DNA of 53,302 nt from an uncultured Dictyoglomota bacterium (GCA_964654465.1 CAZZIO010000007.1:1-53302); one strand, 5' to 3'. Counted from the stretch's first letter, positions 9,852-19,876 are shown. A program made the numbers and translations. Notes: generated by a model not told the origin, from the letters alone.

Positions 9852-12427
9852 TCTTTTATAATTTCCTTCCACTCATGGATTTTTAAAAGGGCCTGAATAG
9901 GTGTTAATTCGTTAGTATTAAGAGATAATATCTCCTTTTTTAATTTCTCAAATCGCATATCTGTAACCTCTGAAAAAAGTGGGAGTTGAATAATTTCTTT
10001 CTTTTGAATTTCTCTCCCCTTTTCCAATTCTACGAGTATTTTCTCAGCTCTTTCAATTACCTCTTTTGGTAATTCGGCAAGTTGGGCTACATATATTCCA
10101 TAACTTTTATCTGCTGGTTTTTCAACTATTTTATGAAGAAATATTATATCCTTCCCTCTTTCTTGCACAGCAACACTTAAATTTTGCAGATTCTTAAGCT
10201 CTTTTTCAAGTTCAGTAAGCTCGTGATAATGGGTTGCAAATAGGGTTTTGGCCTTAAGTTTATTATGGATATATTCTAACACCGCCCACGCAATACTTAT
10301 TCCGTCATAGGTACTAGTTCCCCTTCCTACCTCATCCAAAATAAGTAGACTTCTCTCTGTAGCATGAGAAAGTATATTTCCAACTTCTTTCATCTCTACC
10401 AAAAATGTACTTTCGCCAGATGAGATATCATCCCATGCTCCAATTCTTGTAAATATCCTATCTACAACCCCTATTTTTGCCTCCTCAGCTGGAATAAAGG
10501 ACCCCATTTGAGCAAGAATAACAATAAGAGCAACTTGCCTTATATATGTTGATTTACCTGCCATATTTGGTCCCGTAATAAGTTTTATAAATTTATCCTT
10601 ACTTAAATAGGTATCGTTGGGAACAAAGGTACCAGGAGGTAACATTCTTTCAATTACAGGATGTCTACCCTGTCTTATTATTATTTCATAATCATTTGTA
10701 ACTTGTGGACAAACATATCCATAATCTTTAGCAGTTTTAGCGAGAGATATATAGACATCCAATTCTGCAACAACCTGAGCAAAAGTTTCTATATCCTTAG
10801 ACCTTTCTACAACTTTTTTTCTCAACTCTTGGAATAAATTTTCTTCTATTCTTTTAATATTTTCTTCAGCATGGAGAATCTTATTTTCCCATTCTTTTAG
10901 CTCGGGTGTAATAAATCTTTCTGCATTTACTAATGTCTGTTTTCTTATATATTCGGGTGGAACAAGGTTCAAGTTTGCCTTAGTAACCTCTATGTAATAT
11001 CCAAAAACCTGATTAAATCCAATTTTGAGAGACTTTATACCTGTTCTTTCTCTCTCCCTATTCTCAAGATCAATAAGCCAATTCTTACTATCTCTAAGAA
11101 GTGCTCTTAACTCATCAAGCTCCTCATTATAACCATCTCTAATAAAGCCACCTTCTTTTATATGGGATGGAGGAGAATCAACTAAAGCTCTATTTAACTC
11201 CTCATAAAGAGGTTCCAAATTTGGTATATTTTCCTTTAACTCAATTAATTTTGAAGATTCTACTTTCTCAAAGACCTTTCTTAAGGAAGGCAAGAAGGAT
11301 AAAGCTTGCATGAGATATATAAGTTCCTTCGGAGTAGCAGTATTATAATTTACGCGAGAATTTATTCTTTCAAGATCTGGTATGTTCTTTAATAGTTCTT
11401 CAAACTCTCTTCTTAATACTTCTTTTTCTAATAATTCCTTGATAGCTTCCTGTCTTTTTCTGATAATGTTGACATTAAGAAGAGGCTGCAAAAGCCATTT
11501 CTTTAGAAGTCTTGCTCCCATTGAGGTTAAAGTTTTATCAATCACCCATATAAGGCTTCCTCTTCTCTGTCCCTCTCTAACAGTTTCTAATAATTCTAAA
11601 TGCTTTATAGCAGTACTATCAAGGATTAAATATTGATGGGGTTTATAAAACTCTAACCTATCTATATGAGTAGGTATCGTAAACATTACGTCTTTTATAT
11701 AATTTAAAATACCATAAGAAGCCTTTAAGGCTAAGGGATAATTCTCTTTTGGTTCGGAAAATTCCAAACTATGTTCTACCTCTTCGAAATATTCCTCAGG
11801 TACGAGAGTAATTTTAGGATCTATATCCCTCTTTAAATCAGTTAATATATCCACCAAAATATCCTTTGCTGAAAAAGGTAGAATAATCTCCTTAGGTTTT
11901 AATCGCACAAATTCAGAGTAGATTATTTCCTCAGCATCTTTACCCATCCACTCGGTTCCGAAGAATTCTCCAGTTGAAACATCAATAGTAGCTATACCTA
12001 TATATTCTTTATTTAATATATAGATTGATGATAGAAAATTATTATTTCTATCTTCCAAAAGAGTATCCTCAACAAGAGTTCCAGGAGTAATAACTCTTAC
12101 TACTTCCCTTTTTACAAGTCCTTTAGCTAAAGCAGGATTTTCAACTTGCTCACAAATTGCAACCTTGTATTTTTTTTGTACCAATTTTGAAAGATAGCTA
12201 TCTAAAGCATGATAGGGCACACCTGCCATTGGAATTCTTTTTCCTTTTCCAACCTCTTTTGAAGTAAGCACGATATCTAATTCTTGAGATATAATCTTTG
12301 CATCGTCCTCAAAAGCCTCATAAAAATCTCCAAGTCTAAAAAGGAGGATTGCATCTGAAAATTGATCTTTTATACTCTTATATTGTTTATAAAGAGGAGT
12401 CATATTTTCCATAAAATATTTAATCAT
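9839..12427 (-). CDS. mutS: DNA mismatch repair protein MutS (MutS1)
   Basis: GDFYE mismatch-binding motif, TGPNMAGKST, STFLVEM, DEVGRGT, ATHYHEL, C-terminal clamp motif QLPLF; start may be 12412 or 12403. Confidence 0.98.
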   Translation of the reverse strand: MIKYFMENMTPLYKQYKSIKDQFSDAILLFRLGDFYEAFEDDAKIISQELDIVLTSKEVGKGKRIPMAGVPYHALDSYLSKLVQKKYKVAICEQVENPALAKGLVKREVVRVITPGTLVEDTLLEDRNNNFLSSIYILNKEYIGIATIDVSTGEFFGTEWMGKDAEEIIYSEFVRLKPKEIILPFSAKDILVDILTDLKRDIDPKITLVPEEYFEEVEHSLEFSEPKENYPLALKASYGILNYIKDVMFTIPTHIDRLEFYKPHQYLILDSTAIKHLELLETVREGQRRGSLIWVIDKTLTSMGARLLKKWLLQPLLNVNIIRKRQEAIKELLEKEVLRREFEELLKNIPDLERINSRVNYNTATPKELIYLMQALSFLPSLRKVFEKVESSKLIELKENIPNLEPLYEELNRALVDSPPSHIKEGGFIRDGYNEELDELRALLRDSKNWLIDLENRERERTGIKSLKIGFNQVFGYYIEVTKANLNLVPPEYIRKQTLVNAERFITPELKEWENKILHAEENIKRIEENLFQELRKKVVERSKDIETFAQVVAELDVYISLAKTAKDYGYVCPQVTNDYEIIIRQGRHPVIERMLPPGTFVPNDTYLSKDKFIKLITGPNMAGKSTYIRQVALIVILAQMGSFIPAEEAKIGVVDRIFTRIGAWDDISSGESTFLVEMKEVGNILSHATERSLLILDEVGRGTSTYDGISIAWAVLEYIHNKLKAKTLFATHYHELTELEKELKNLQNLSVAVQERGKDIIFLHKIVEKPADKSYGIYVAQLAELPKEVIERAEKILVELEKGREIQKKEIIQLPLFSEVTDMRFEKLKKEILSLNTNELTPIQALLKIHEWKEIIKEWEK

Positions 12428-13742
12428 TCACCTCTCTTACAACTTCGCCTTTTAGAGACCATAATCTAGCTTCTTTTATTTTTACCACTAATAATTTTCC
12501 AAGAAGGGATCTATTACCTGGGAAAAATACAAGACGAAAATTTTTTGTCCTACCGCTTATTTCTTCTGGATTTTTAGGATTAATTTCTTCAGCAAGTACT
12601 TCTTCTTCCTTTCCTATCATACTTAAGTTTTTTTCATATATTATCTTTCTTTGAAGATTTTCTAATTCTTCAAACCATTTCTTTTTGGTTTCAAAAGGAA
12701 TTGGATCTTCAAAATTAGCTGCTGGAGTTCCAGGCCTTGGGGAGTAAATAGCTAAATTCACAGTATCAAATCTTAGCTCTTCTAAAGCTCTTCTTGTAGC
12801 TTGAAAATCTTCTTCTGTTTCTCCAGGAAATCCTACTATAATGTCGGTTGAAAAAGACGAATCCTTGATTTCAGATCTTATTTTATATATTAAATCCTTA
12901 TACTCTTGGTAAGTATATCCTCTACCCATTCTTTTCAAAACCCTATCAGATCCAGCTTGTAATGGTAGATGCCAATGCGGACAAACTTTAGGAAGTTTTG
13001 CCACTTTTTTAATGAGCTTATCAGTTACATCTCTTGGATGGGAAGTAAGAAATCTTATTCTCTTAATATTAGAGATCTTATGAATCTCTTCCAATAGATC
13101 CGCTAAATCAACATCACCAAGATCTTTACCATAAGAATCCACATTTTGTCCAAGAAGAGTTACTTCTACAACACCTTGTTCCGCCAAATATTTTGCTTCC
13201 TCTACAATATCTTCTAATTTTCTACTCCTTTCTCTTCCTCTAAGATAAGGTACTATACAATACGTGCAGAAATTATTACATCCATAAATAATAGGTATCC
13301 AAGCTTGAAATTTACTATCTCTCTTTATAATTTTCCAATCCAGGTCCTCTGGATAAGGCTCGTCATCAAATAATATAACTTTTTTATTATCTTTTAGTTC
13401 TTCTAATATTTCGGGAAGTCTTATAAATTTATAACTTCCTAAAACAAAATCCACATGAGAAAATTTTTCTGCAAGTTCATCTTTCATCCTTTGAGCCATA
13501 CATCCAAAAACTCCAATTTTTAATTCTGGATTTCTCTTTTTTAACTTTTTGAGTTCTCCCAATTTACCAAATACCTTCTCTTCCGCTCTTTCCCTTACAG
13601 AACAGGTATTCAAAAGTATAAGATCCGCATCTTCTTCCCTATCAGTAGGAAGAAAACCTAATTTTTCAAGTATACCTGCCACTTTCTCCGAATCTGATTT
13701 GTTCATTTGGCAACCATAGGTAATTATATGATACTTAGGCAT
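12420..13742 (-). CDS. miaB: tRNA-i6A37 methylthiotransferase
   Basis: TYGCQMN, NTCSVRE, radical-SAM CNNFCTYC, IVGFPGET, C-terminal TRAM domain. Confidence 0.96.
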   Translation of the reverse strand: MPKYHIITYGCQMNKSDSEKVAGILEKLGFLPTDREEDADLILLNTCSVRERAEEKVFGKLGELKKLKKRNPELKIGVFGCMAQRMKDELAEKFSHVDFVLGSYKFIRLPEILEELKDNKKVILFDDEPYPEDLDWKIIKRDSKFQAWIPIIYGCNNFCTYCIVPYLRGRERSRKLEDIVEEAKYLAEQGVVEVTLLGQNVDSYGKDLGDVDLADLLEEIHKISNIKRIRFLTSHPRDVTDKLIKKVAKLPKVCPHWHLPLQAGSDRVLKRMGRGYTYQEYKDLIYKIRSEIKDSSFSTDIIVGFPGETEEDFQATRRALEELRFDTVNLAIYSPRPGTPAANFEDPIPFETKKKWFEELENLQRKIIYEKNLSMIGKEEEVLAEEINPKNPEEISGRTKNFRLVFFPGNRSLLGKLLVVKIKEARLWSLKGEVVREVND

Positions 13743-13743
13743 A

Positions 13744-15174
13744 TTATTCGTCTCCTCTTGAAAAGATCAACTTAATTTTTAATGTATCATCTACTTTATC
13801 AATATCTATTTTACCTCTAATTTCATCTACTAACATTTGAACCAATTGAAAACCTAAACTTCCTTTAGATGAAAGAAGCTCTGAACTTTTTGTTTCTTTA
13901 TCTAAAAGAGTATTTGTCACCTCTAATATTATATACTTATCATCCTGATTTATGGAAAGGATAATTTCTGTAACTATATCTTCAGAAGTGCCATGCTTTA
14001 CTGCATTTTGTAACAGCTCATTCATAATTAAACTTACTGATGTGGCTTTCTTAGATGATAAGAAAATATTTTTTTTGTTTTTTTCAAATTTAAAATTACA
14101 AGGAAGCTGCTGATAAGTCTGCTTAAATGCATTAAGTAATTTTTCAGCCACCTCTATGATATCAACTCTATCTTCTTCAAATTTAGATAAAGATTCATGT
14201 ACTAATGCAATACTATTTATTCGATTAATACTTTCTTGTAGTGCTATCTTGGCACTCTCAGAGTCAAGTCGCCTCATTTGTATCCTTAAAAGACTTGCTA
14301 TAGTTTGCAAGTTATTTTTTACCCTATGATGAATTTCCTTGATAAGTACTGATTTAAAATTTAATTCCCTTTCCTTTTGACGAAGCTCAGTTGTCTCTTT
14401 TATTAAATAAAATATTCTCCATAGAGAATTATCCCCTTTTGAAACTGGAAGTATTCTCTTATAAAAACTTCTTGTTTCTTCGCCATATTCTTCAAAGAGT
14501 TCTTCCCCATATGCCTTAACAGTACCCATTTCTTTATAAGCATCTACGAATTTATAGAAGAAAGGATCTTTAATTTTTTTTCCCAAGATATTTCCCACTT
14601 CTCCAAGAGTTCTAAATAGTCTCATTCCAGCCATATTAGCAAAAAGCACTATACCATCTTTATCAAGGATTAAAACCCCTTCATTATCTAATAGTGGGTC
14701 CACATATCCTTTCCAACTTAGTTCTTGCTTAATAAAAGATTTTATTAACCAATGGGATGTTTCTTTGAATACCCTTGAATTATAAGGAAATTCATTATGT
14801 ATTAAAAGATTTCTCTGTATCTTAAGAATTCCTATAATCTTTCCTGATTTTTTAATAGAATAAAACTCCTCTTCTACTGGAAATCCTCCTATTACAATAT
14901 CAGTTTTTCTTATCTTTGATTTATCGGAGTATATTAGCTTAAATATCTCTGGCTCATCTTCAAAAAATATAAGCTTTCCCACTTCTTGCCTCAAAGAAAT
15001 TGGAGGTACTACCTTAGGATGAGCCTCCGATATTAAAACAACAGCAGATAAATCCCAGATAGGTTGATATAAGTAAAGATCTGCTCCTAATAAATCAGAA
15101 ATCAGATATAAATAGGGTAAATAGTCTTTAAATTCTTCAAAAAGATATATGGTATCTTTTTTATTATTAAGCAT
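13744..15174 (-). CDS. Cytoplasmic PdtaS/EutW-like sensor histidine kinase (HisKA_2 type)
   Basis: H-box EIHHRVKNNLQTIASLL, N-box NELLQNAVKHG, SLG G2 box; N-terminal GAF/PAS-like region; no transmembrane helices. Confidence 0.88.
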   Translation of the reverse strand: MLNNKKDTIYLFEEFKDYLPYLYLISDLLGADLYLYQPIWDLSAVVLISEAHPKVVPPISLRQEVGKLIFFEDEPEIFKLIYSDKSKIRKTDIVIGGFPVEEEFYSIKKSGKIIGILKIQRNLLIHNEFPYNSRVFKETSHWLIKSFIKQELSWKGYVDPLLDNEGVLILDKDGIVLFANMAGMRLFRTLGEVGNILGKKIKDPFFYKFVDAYKEMGTVKAYGEELFEEYGEETRSFYKRILPVSKGDNSLWRIFYLIKETTELRQKERELNFKSVLIKEIHHRVKNNLQTIASLLRIQMRRLDSESAKIALQESINRINSIALVHESLSKFEEDRVDIIEVAEKLLNAFKQTYQQLPCNFKFEKNKKNIFLSSKKATSVSLIMNELLQNAVKHGTSEDIVTEIILSINQDDKYIILEVTNTLLDKETKSSELLSSKGSLGFQLVQMLVDEIRGKIDIDKVDDTLKIKLIFSRGDE

Positions 15175-15666
15175 TTACTCCTGTAAATTTTGAAGTTTAG
15201 ATAATGCTACTTGTATTTTCTCCTTAGTTCTCAAAACTATTAATATCGTATCATCTCCTGCTACACTACCTACAAAATAATCCCAATCTTTCATAAAATT
15301 ATCTAACATAAAGGCGACAGCCTGTGCATTACCAGGTAAAGTTTTCACCAAAATAAGATTTTCTGCATAATCAATGTTTATCACGACCCTTTTGAATAGG
15401 TCTTTTAAGGATAGTAAATTGAAATTATTCTCCGGAATAATATATCTTTTTCCAAACTCAGTATTTTGTCTTATGACTCCTAATTCTTTAAGATCTCGAG
15501 ATAAAGTAGCCTGTACCACATTAATGCCTTCTTTTTTTAAGGCTTCCATTAACTCTTTTTGGGTACCTATATAATTTTGTTTTAAAATAATTTTGATTTT
15601 TTCTAATCTTTCTCTTTTACTTAAAATATTATCTACTCCTTTTTGCACATCCTTCACAAATACCAT
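15175..15666 (-). CDS. argR: Arginine repressor ArgR (start uncertain)
   Basis: QATLSRDL wHTH motif; KTLPGNA and VAGDDT arginine-binding domain. Confidence 0.95.
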   Translation of the reverse strand: MVFVKDVQKGVDNILSKRERLEKIKIILKQNYIGTQKELMEALKKEGINVVQATLSRDLKELGVIRQNTEFGKRYIIPENNFNLLSLKDLFKRVVINIDYAENLILVKTLPGNAQAVAFMLDNFMKDWDYFVGSVAGDDTILIVLRTKEKIQVALSKLQNLQE

Positions 15667-16033
15667 AAATAATCATATGAAAATCTACATCTTTAAAAGA
15701 AGTACTTTTCTCTATTTCTTTCCTAATCATTTCACTATTTAAATTTTCTCCCTCCCAATCTTCAACCTTCCCACAGATCTTACAAATTAAATGATGATGA
15801 GGTACTATCTTTGCATCATATCGGGCGACTGCACTTCTATCATAAAATTTTAGAGCCTTACCCTCATTCACTAAAAGCTCTAAAGTTCTATAAACAGTAC
15901 CCAAACTTATTTTTGCTCCTCTTCCCTCTGCTCTTCTAAAAACAGTAAGAGCATCTGGATGATCCATACTCTCCATTAAAATCTCCGAGACTAATTTCCT
16001 TTGTCTTGTTTCTCGTTGCATAGCTTTTTTCAT
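15629..16033 (-). CDS. perR: Fur-family regulator, PerR-like
   Basis: HPDA, TVYRTL, RYD, HHHLICKICGKVED and CEGC; the His/Asp/His/His/Asp ligand set matches PerR rather than Fur. Confidence 0.75.
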   Translation of the reverse strand: MKKAMQRETRQRKLVSEILMESMDHPDALTVFRRAEGRGAKISLGTVYRTLELLVNEGKALKFYDRSAVARYDAKIVPHHHLICKICGKVEDWEGENLNSEMIRKEIEKSTSFKDVDFHMIIYGICEGCAKRSR

Positions 16034-16049
16034 CTCCTTTCCATATTAA

Positions 16050-16078
16050 AGTTTAGATTATAATTATTATTTTGTCAA
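16050..16078 (-). promoter_or_regulatory. perR promoter containing a Per-box-like operator (16058-16072)
   Basis: TTGACA (16078-16073), 17 bp, TAAACT (16055-16050); spacer holds TTATAAT-T-ATTATTT, 12/14 match to TTATAATnATTATAA. Confidence 0.65.
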
Positions 16079-16094
16079 AATAATCTATTTTTTG

Positions 16095-16103
16095 TGATAT
16101 AAT
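16095..16103 (+). promoter_or_regulatory. Extended -10 promoter for the amidohydrolase gene
   Basis: TG-A-TATAAT about 30 bp upstream of ATG 16135. Confidence 0.55.
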
Positions 16104-16134
16104 ATTTCAAAATAAAAATCAATAAGGAAGATAT

Positions 16135-17655
16135 ATGAAAAAATATTTTCTTAAAGCTCAAAAAATATATTCATTTGACCCTTATTTTAACATTTATTCT
16201 TGGATTTTAATAGAAAATAACAAAATTATAGATTTAGGAAACGAATCCTTACCTTCTGAAACTAATATACCCATATATAATTTTGAAGAAGGCTATATAT
16301 TACCAGGATTTATTGATTCTCATGTTCATCTTTCATCCACTGCTATCAGTGATATTTTATTGGATTTAAGTAATTTTTCATCTCTAAAGGAAATAATTAA
16401 AGCTTTAGAAGCATTAAGAGATTCAATGCCAGAAGGTGAATGGATTATTGCAAAGGAATTTGATCCTGAAAATATGGAGGAAAAAACAAATATTACAAAA
16501 GAAGATTTAGATAAATATTTTCCAAAACATCCAGTTTTAATAATAAGAAAAGACGCACATTCAAGTATTATAAATACAATAGGAGAAAAAGTTCTAAACT
16601 TAGATTTATCATACTCAGAAGGTGAAATATTAACAGGAAGAGATCATCAGATAGTGGTTGGAAAGGTTTATCAAAATATTGAACCTTCTTTATTGGTAAA
16701 AGGTATTTTAAAGATATTAAAAAAATCAGCAGAAAAAGGTGTCACAACAATACATGCCTTAGAGGGCGGATACACATCCCCTCCCAATATTCCTCAACTT
16801 TTATTGGGATTAAGGCAATATTTTCCAATAGATGTACTCATATATTACCAAACAACCTCTATAAAAAAGGTAAAAGAACTTGGCTTAAATCAAATTGGGG
16901 GATGTCTTCTTGTAGATGGTTCTATTAGCAGTATGACTGCAGCTTTGTCGGAACCATATAATGTAGATAACGAAAATTATGGCGTCTTATACTGGGATTT
17001 AGACTCCTTAATAAACTTTATCAGATCTGCCCATAACGAAAACTTACAAATAGCCTTCCATGCTGTAGGAGACAGAGGAATTGATCTTCTCCTCAAAGCT
17101 TATAAGAAGGTATTAAAAGATTACCCTAAAAAAGATCACAGACATAGGATAGAACATTTTGAATTACCTAAAAATGAACATATAAAAATGGTAGCAGATT
17201 CAGAATTAATGTTATCTATGCAACCAAGCTTTTTATACTTTTGGGGAGGAGAGGGGAAATTATATGAGGAATTTTTAGGAAAAGAGAGAAGTAAAAGAAT
17301 AATACCATTAAAAAGTATTATAGAGAATAATATAATTGCTGGAGGTGGATCTGATAGTTCAGTAACTCCTATAGATCCATTTTTGGGTATTTATTCTGCA
17401 GTCAATCATCCAAATCGAGAGGAAAGTATATCTATAAAAGATGCTATTAAAATGTTTACTTTTAATAGTGCTTACATTGGTTTTTTGAATAATGAAAAAG
17501 GCTCTATTGAAAAAAATAAACTTGCTGATTTAGTAATATTGGATAGAGATCCGTTAGATATAGACACAAAAGATATTTTGGACATAAAAGTCTTAGCAAC
17601 CATCTGTAGAGGAAGATTTGTATATAAAAATCCTTCTTACGATTTTAATGAATAA
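16135..17655 (+). CDS. Metal-dependent amidohydrolase (Amidohydro_3 / YtcJ-like)
   Basis: PGFIDSHVH, DGSISS, HAVGDR, HRIEH, GSD and ADLVIL motifs. Confidence 0.9.
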   Translation: MKKYFLKAQKIYSFDPYFNIYSWILIENNKIIDLGNESLPSETNIPIYNFEEGYILPGFIDSHVHLSSTAISDILLDLSNFSSLKEIIKALEALRDSMPEGEWIIAKEFDPENMEEKTNITKEDLDKYFPKHPVLIIRKDAHSSIINTIGEKVLNLDLSYSEGEILTGRDHQIVVGKVYQNIEPSLLVKGILKILKKSAEKGVTTIHALEGGYTSPPNIPQLLLGLRQYFPIDVLIYYQTTSIKKVKELGLNQIGGCLLVDGSISSMTAALSEPYNVDNENYGVLYWDLDSLINFIRSAHNENLQIAFHAVGDRGIDLLLKAYKKVLKDYPKKDHRHRIEHFELPKNEHIKMVADSELMLSMQPSFLYFWGGEGKLYEEFLGKERSKRIIPLKSIIENNIIAGGGSDSSVTPIDPFLGIYSAVNHPNREESISIKDAIKMFTFNSAYIGFLNNEKGSIEKNKLADLVILDRDPLDIDTKDILDIKVLATICRGRFVYKNPSYDFNE

Positions 17656-19034
17656 GAAGTAAGCCTCCTAAGAATTTCTTGTCCAACTACTAAACCTGAA
17701 ACCGATGCTTGCATAAGACCTCTTGTAATTCCTGCACCATCTCCTATAGCAAATAAATTTTTAATTTCTGTTTCAAGTGAAGAGCTTAATTTTACTCTTG
17801 CTGAATAAAACTTAACCTCTACACCGTAAAGAAGAGTATGTCGAGAATAAACTCCTGGAGTAACTTTATCTAAAGCTTGAATCATCTCAATGATATCCAC
17901 TAAATATCTATAAGGTAATACCAAACTTAGATCTCCTGGAACTGCATCTTTTAAAGTAGGAACAACCATTCCTTTTTGTAATCTATCCCATGTGGATCTT
18001 CTTCCCGCTAATAAATCTCCTAATCTTTGTAATATAACCCCATTACTTAATAGATTGGCAAGACTACCTATTGCTCTACCATATGCAATTGGGTCTTTAA
18101 AAGGTTCGGTAAAATTCTTTGAAACAAGAATAGCAAAATTTGTGTTTTCAGTTTTCTTTTCAGCAAAACTATGTCCATTTACCGAGATTATTCCTTCATT
18201 TTGTTCCATTACTACCTCACCATATGGATTCATACAAAATGTTCTTACCTTATCATCAAAAGTTTTTGTGTAATATATAAATTTTGCTTCATATAATTCA
18301 TCTGTAAGTTCCTTCATAACTGCTGCAGGAATTTCCACCCTCACTCCTATATCTACAGGATTTATGACCCAAGAAAGCCCAATTCTTTTACCTTCTTCAG
18401 AAAACCATTTAGATCCCTCTCTACCAGGAGCAACAATCACAAAATCAGCATAATAAATTTTTCCATCCTCTAATTCTACACCCTTAACTTTATTTTCCTC
18501 AACAATAATTCTAATAACTTGCCTATTCAAAATAACATCTATTTTATCCTTTAGATATTCATACATGTTGAGTAATATAGGTGCACACTTTTCAGTACCG
18601 AGATGTCTAATAGCATAGTAGACTAATCTTAAATCTGCTGCTATTGCTTTTTTATGAAAATACGCAAACTTATCAGGATCTGGTTTTACAATAGGTTGAT
18701 CTGCTCCAAATTCGGTATAAATTTCGTTTACATCATCCATCAATTTTATTAGCTTTTGCTCGCCAATATAATCCTTTAACCAACCACCAACCTCAGTTGA
18801 AAAAGTAAGTTTACCATCACTAAAAGCACCAGCTCCACCCCATCCAGATACAATATTACACCTCGGGCATAAAACACATCCTTGTCTATTTACAATAGCT
18901 GGACATATCCTTCTACTGGTAATATCTCCTTTTTCTACCAGCAAAATTTTAAGGGGCTTATTACCCCTTACTAAAGAAATGGCACTGAATATACCTGCTG
19001 GTCCGCCACCAACTATAATTACATCATACTTCAT
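17637..19034 (-). CDS. Uncharacterised FAD/NAD(P)-dependent oxidoreductase (COG2509-like) with a Cys cluster
   Basis: GGGPAG Rossmann motif; C-x8-C-x2-C-x2-C; GWGGAGAFSDGKL; VRTFCMNP; GDGAGITRG. Confidence 0.88.
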   Translation of the reverse strand: MKYDVIIVGGGPAGIFSAISLVRGNKPLKILLVEKGDITSRRICPAIVNRQGCVLCPRCNIVSGWGGAGAFSDGKLTFSTEVGGWLKDYIGEQKLIKLMDDVNEIYTEFGADQPIVKPDPDKFAYFHKKAIAADLRLVYYAIRHLGTEKCAPILLNMYEYLKDKIDVILNRQVIRIIVEENKVKGVELEDGKIYYADFVIVAPGREGSKWFSEEGKRIGLSWVINPVDIGVRVEIPAAVMKELTDELYEAKFIYYTKTFDDKVRTFCMNPYGEVVMEQNEGIISVNGHSFAEKKTENTNFAILVSKNFTEPFKDPIAYGRAIGSLANLLSNGVILQRLGDLLAGRRSTWDRLQKGMVVPTLKDAVPGDLSLVLPYRYLVDIIEMIQALDKVTPGVYSRHTLLYGVEVKFYSARVKLSSSLETEIKNLFAIGDGAGITRGLMQASVSGLVVGQEILRRLTSYSLKS

Positions 19035-19855
19035 ACTGGATACAAATTCTCCTGTGATAATCTTGGCAGATATTCAAGACCTTCTTTCAATCTCACTCTA
19101 CCACCTTTAACTAATTTTACAAGTTCCGGTATAATTTTACCTCTTTCTTCTTCAATTTCCAAGAGGATTTTTTCCATATTCATCTTTCCATCCATAATCT
19201 TCAGCATCTTTTGGACTGCAGGATCATTAGATGAAACGTTACCCACCTTCTCAGGCACCACATACCGCAAATTTACAAGATCTCTTAATGCAAGCCTCCC
19301 TGATTCTAAATTATTTAATACTACATCTATAGCCAATAATGTGCCTAATCCACTTATTCTTGCAATTGTAGCAAAATCTCTCCTACCATCTATATTTGAT
19401 AAAATGAACCTTTCCTTCTCTTCGGGTGTCATATTCTCTGGATCTTTTCTTAAAAGAAGTATTTGAACATTTGATGGTATAGCAAGAGATGGATTAGGAA
19501 AGAAAGGAACGACTGTAAGGGATCCTAATTTTTTTGTTTTTTCTTGCCACTCATCCATAATTCTTGCTGCTTCTAAAACTAAAGCTTCAGGAGACATAGA
19601 TATAGCAACAGGAACATCTATATTTGTTTCTTCCACAAACTCAAAATTTCCATCATCCCAAGTAAATAGCTCAAGGAAAGCCGACATTCCTTTAAGTTTA
19701 CCAACCTCGCCATTGATTACTCTTCCGTCTTTAAAATAAAGAATTCCTTTCTTAAAAGGTTTATTAACGATGAGTTTACCAGTAGAAAATTTTCCAGATA
19801 GTATCTGTATCAAAGAGACTAAATCGAATTCTTTTAAATTACCAGTAAGTGGCAT
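19031..19855 (-). CDS. DUF4388 (PatA-N-like) domain protein
   Basis: LTGNLKEFDLVSLIQ...TGKL...G.LYF.DG....A...LF.W..G.FEF...EAAR..DEW signature; two C-terminal 'L..IDG' wHTH-like units. Confidence 0.82.
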   Translation of the reverse strand: MPLTGNLKEFDLVSLIQILSGKFSTGKLIVNKPFKKGILYFKDGRVINGEVGKLKGMSAFLELFTWDDGNFEFVEETNIDVPVAISMSPEALVLEAARIMDEWQEKTKKLGSLTVVPFFPNPSLAIPSNVQILLLRKDPENMTPEEKERFILSNIDGRRDFATIARISGLGTLLAIDVVLNNLESGRLALRDLVNLRYVVPEKVGNVSSNDPAVQKMLKIMDGKMNMEKILLEIEEERGKIIPELVKLVKGGRVRLKEGLEYLPRLSQENLYPV

Positions 19856-19876
19856 ATACCTCTCCCCTCATATATA

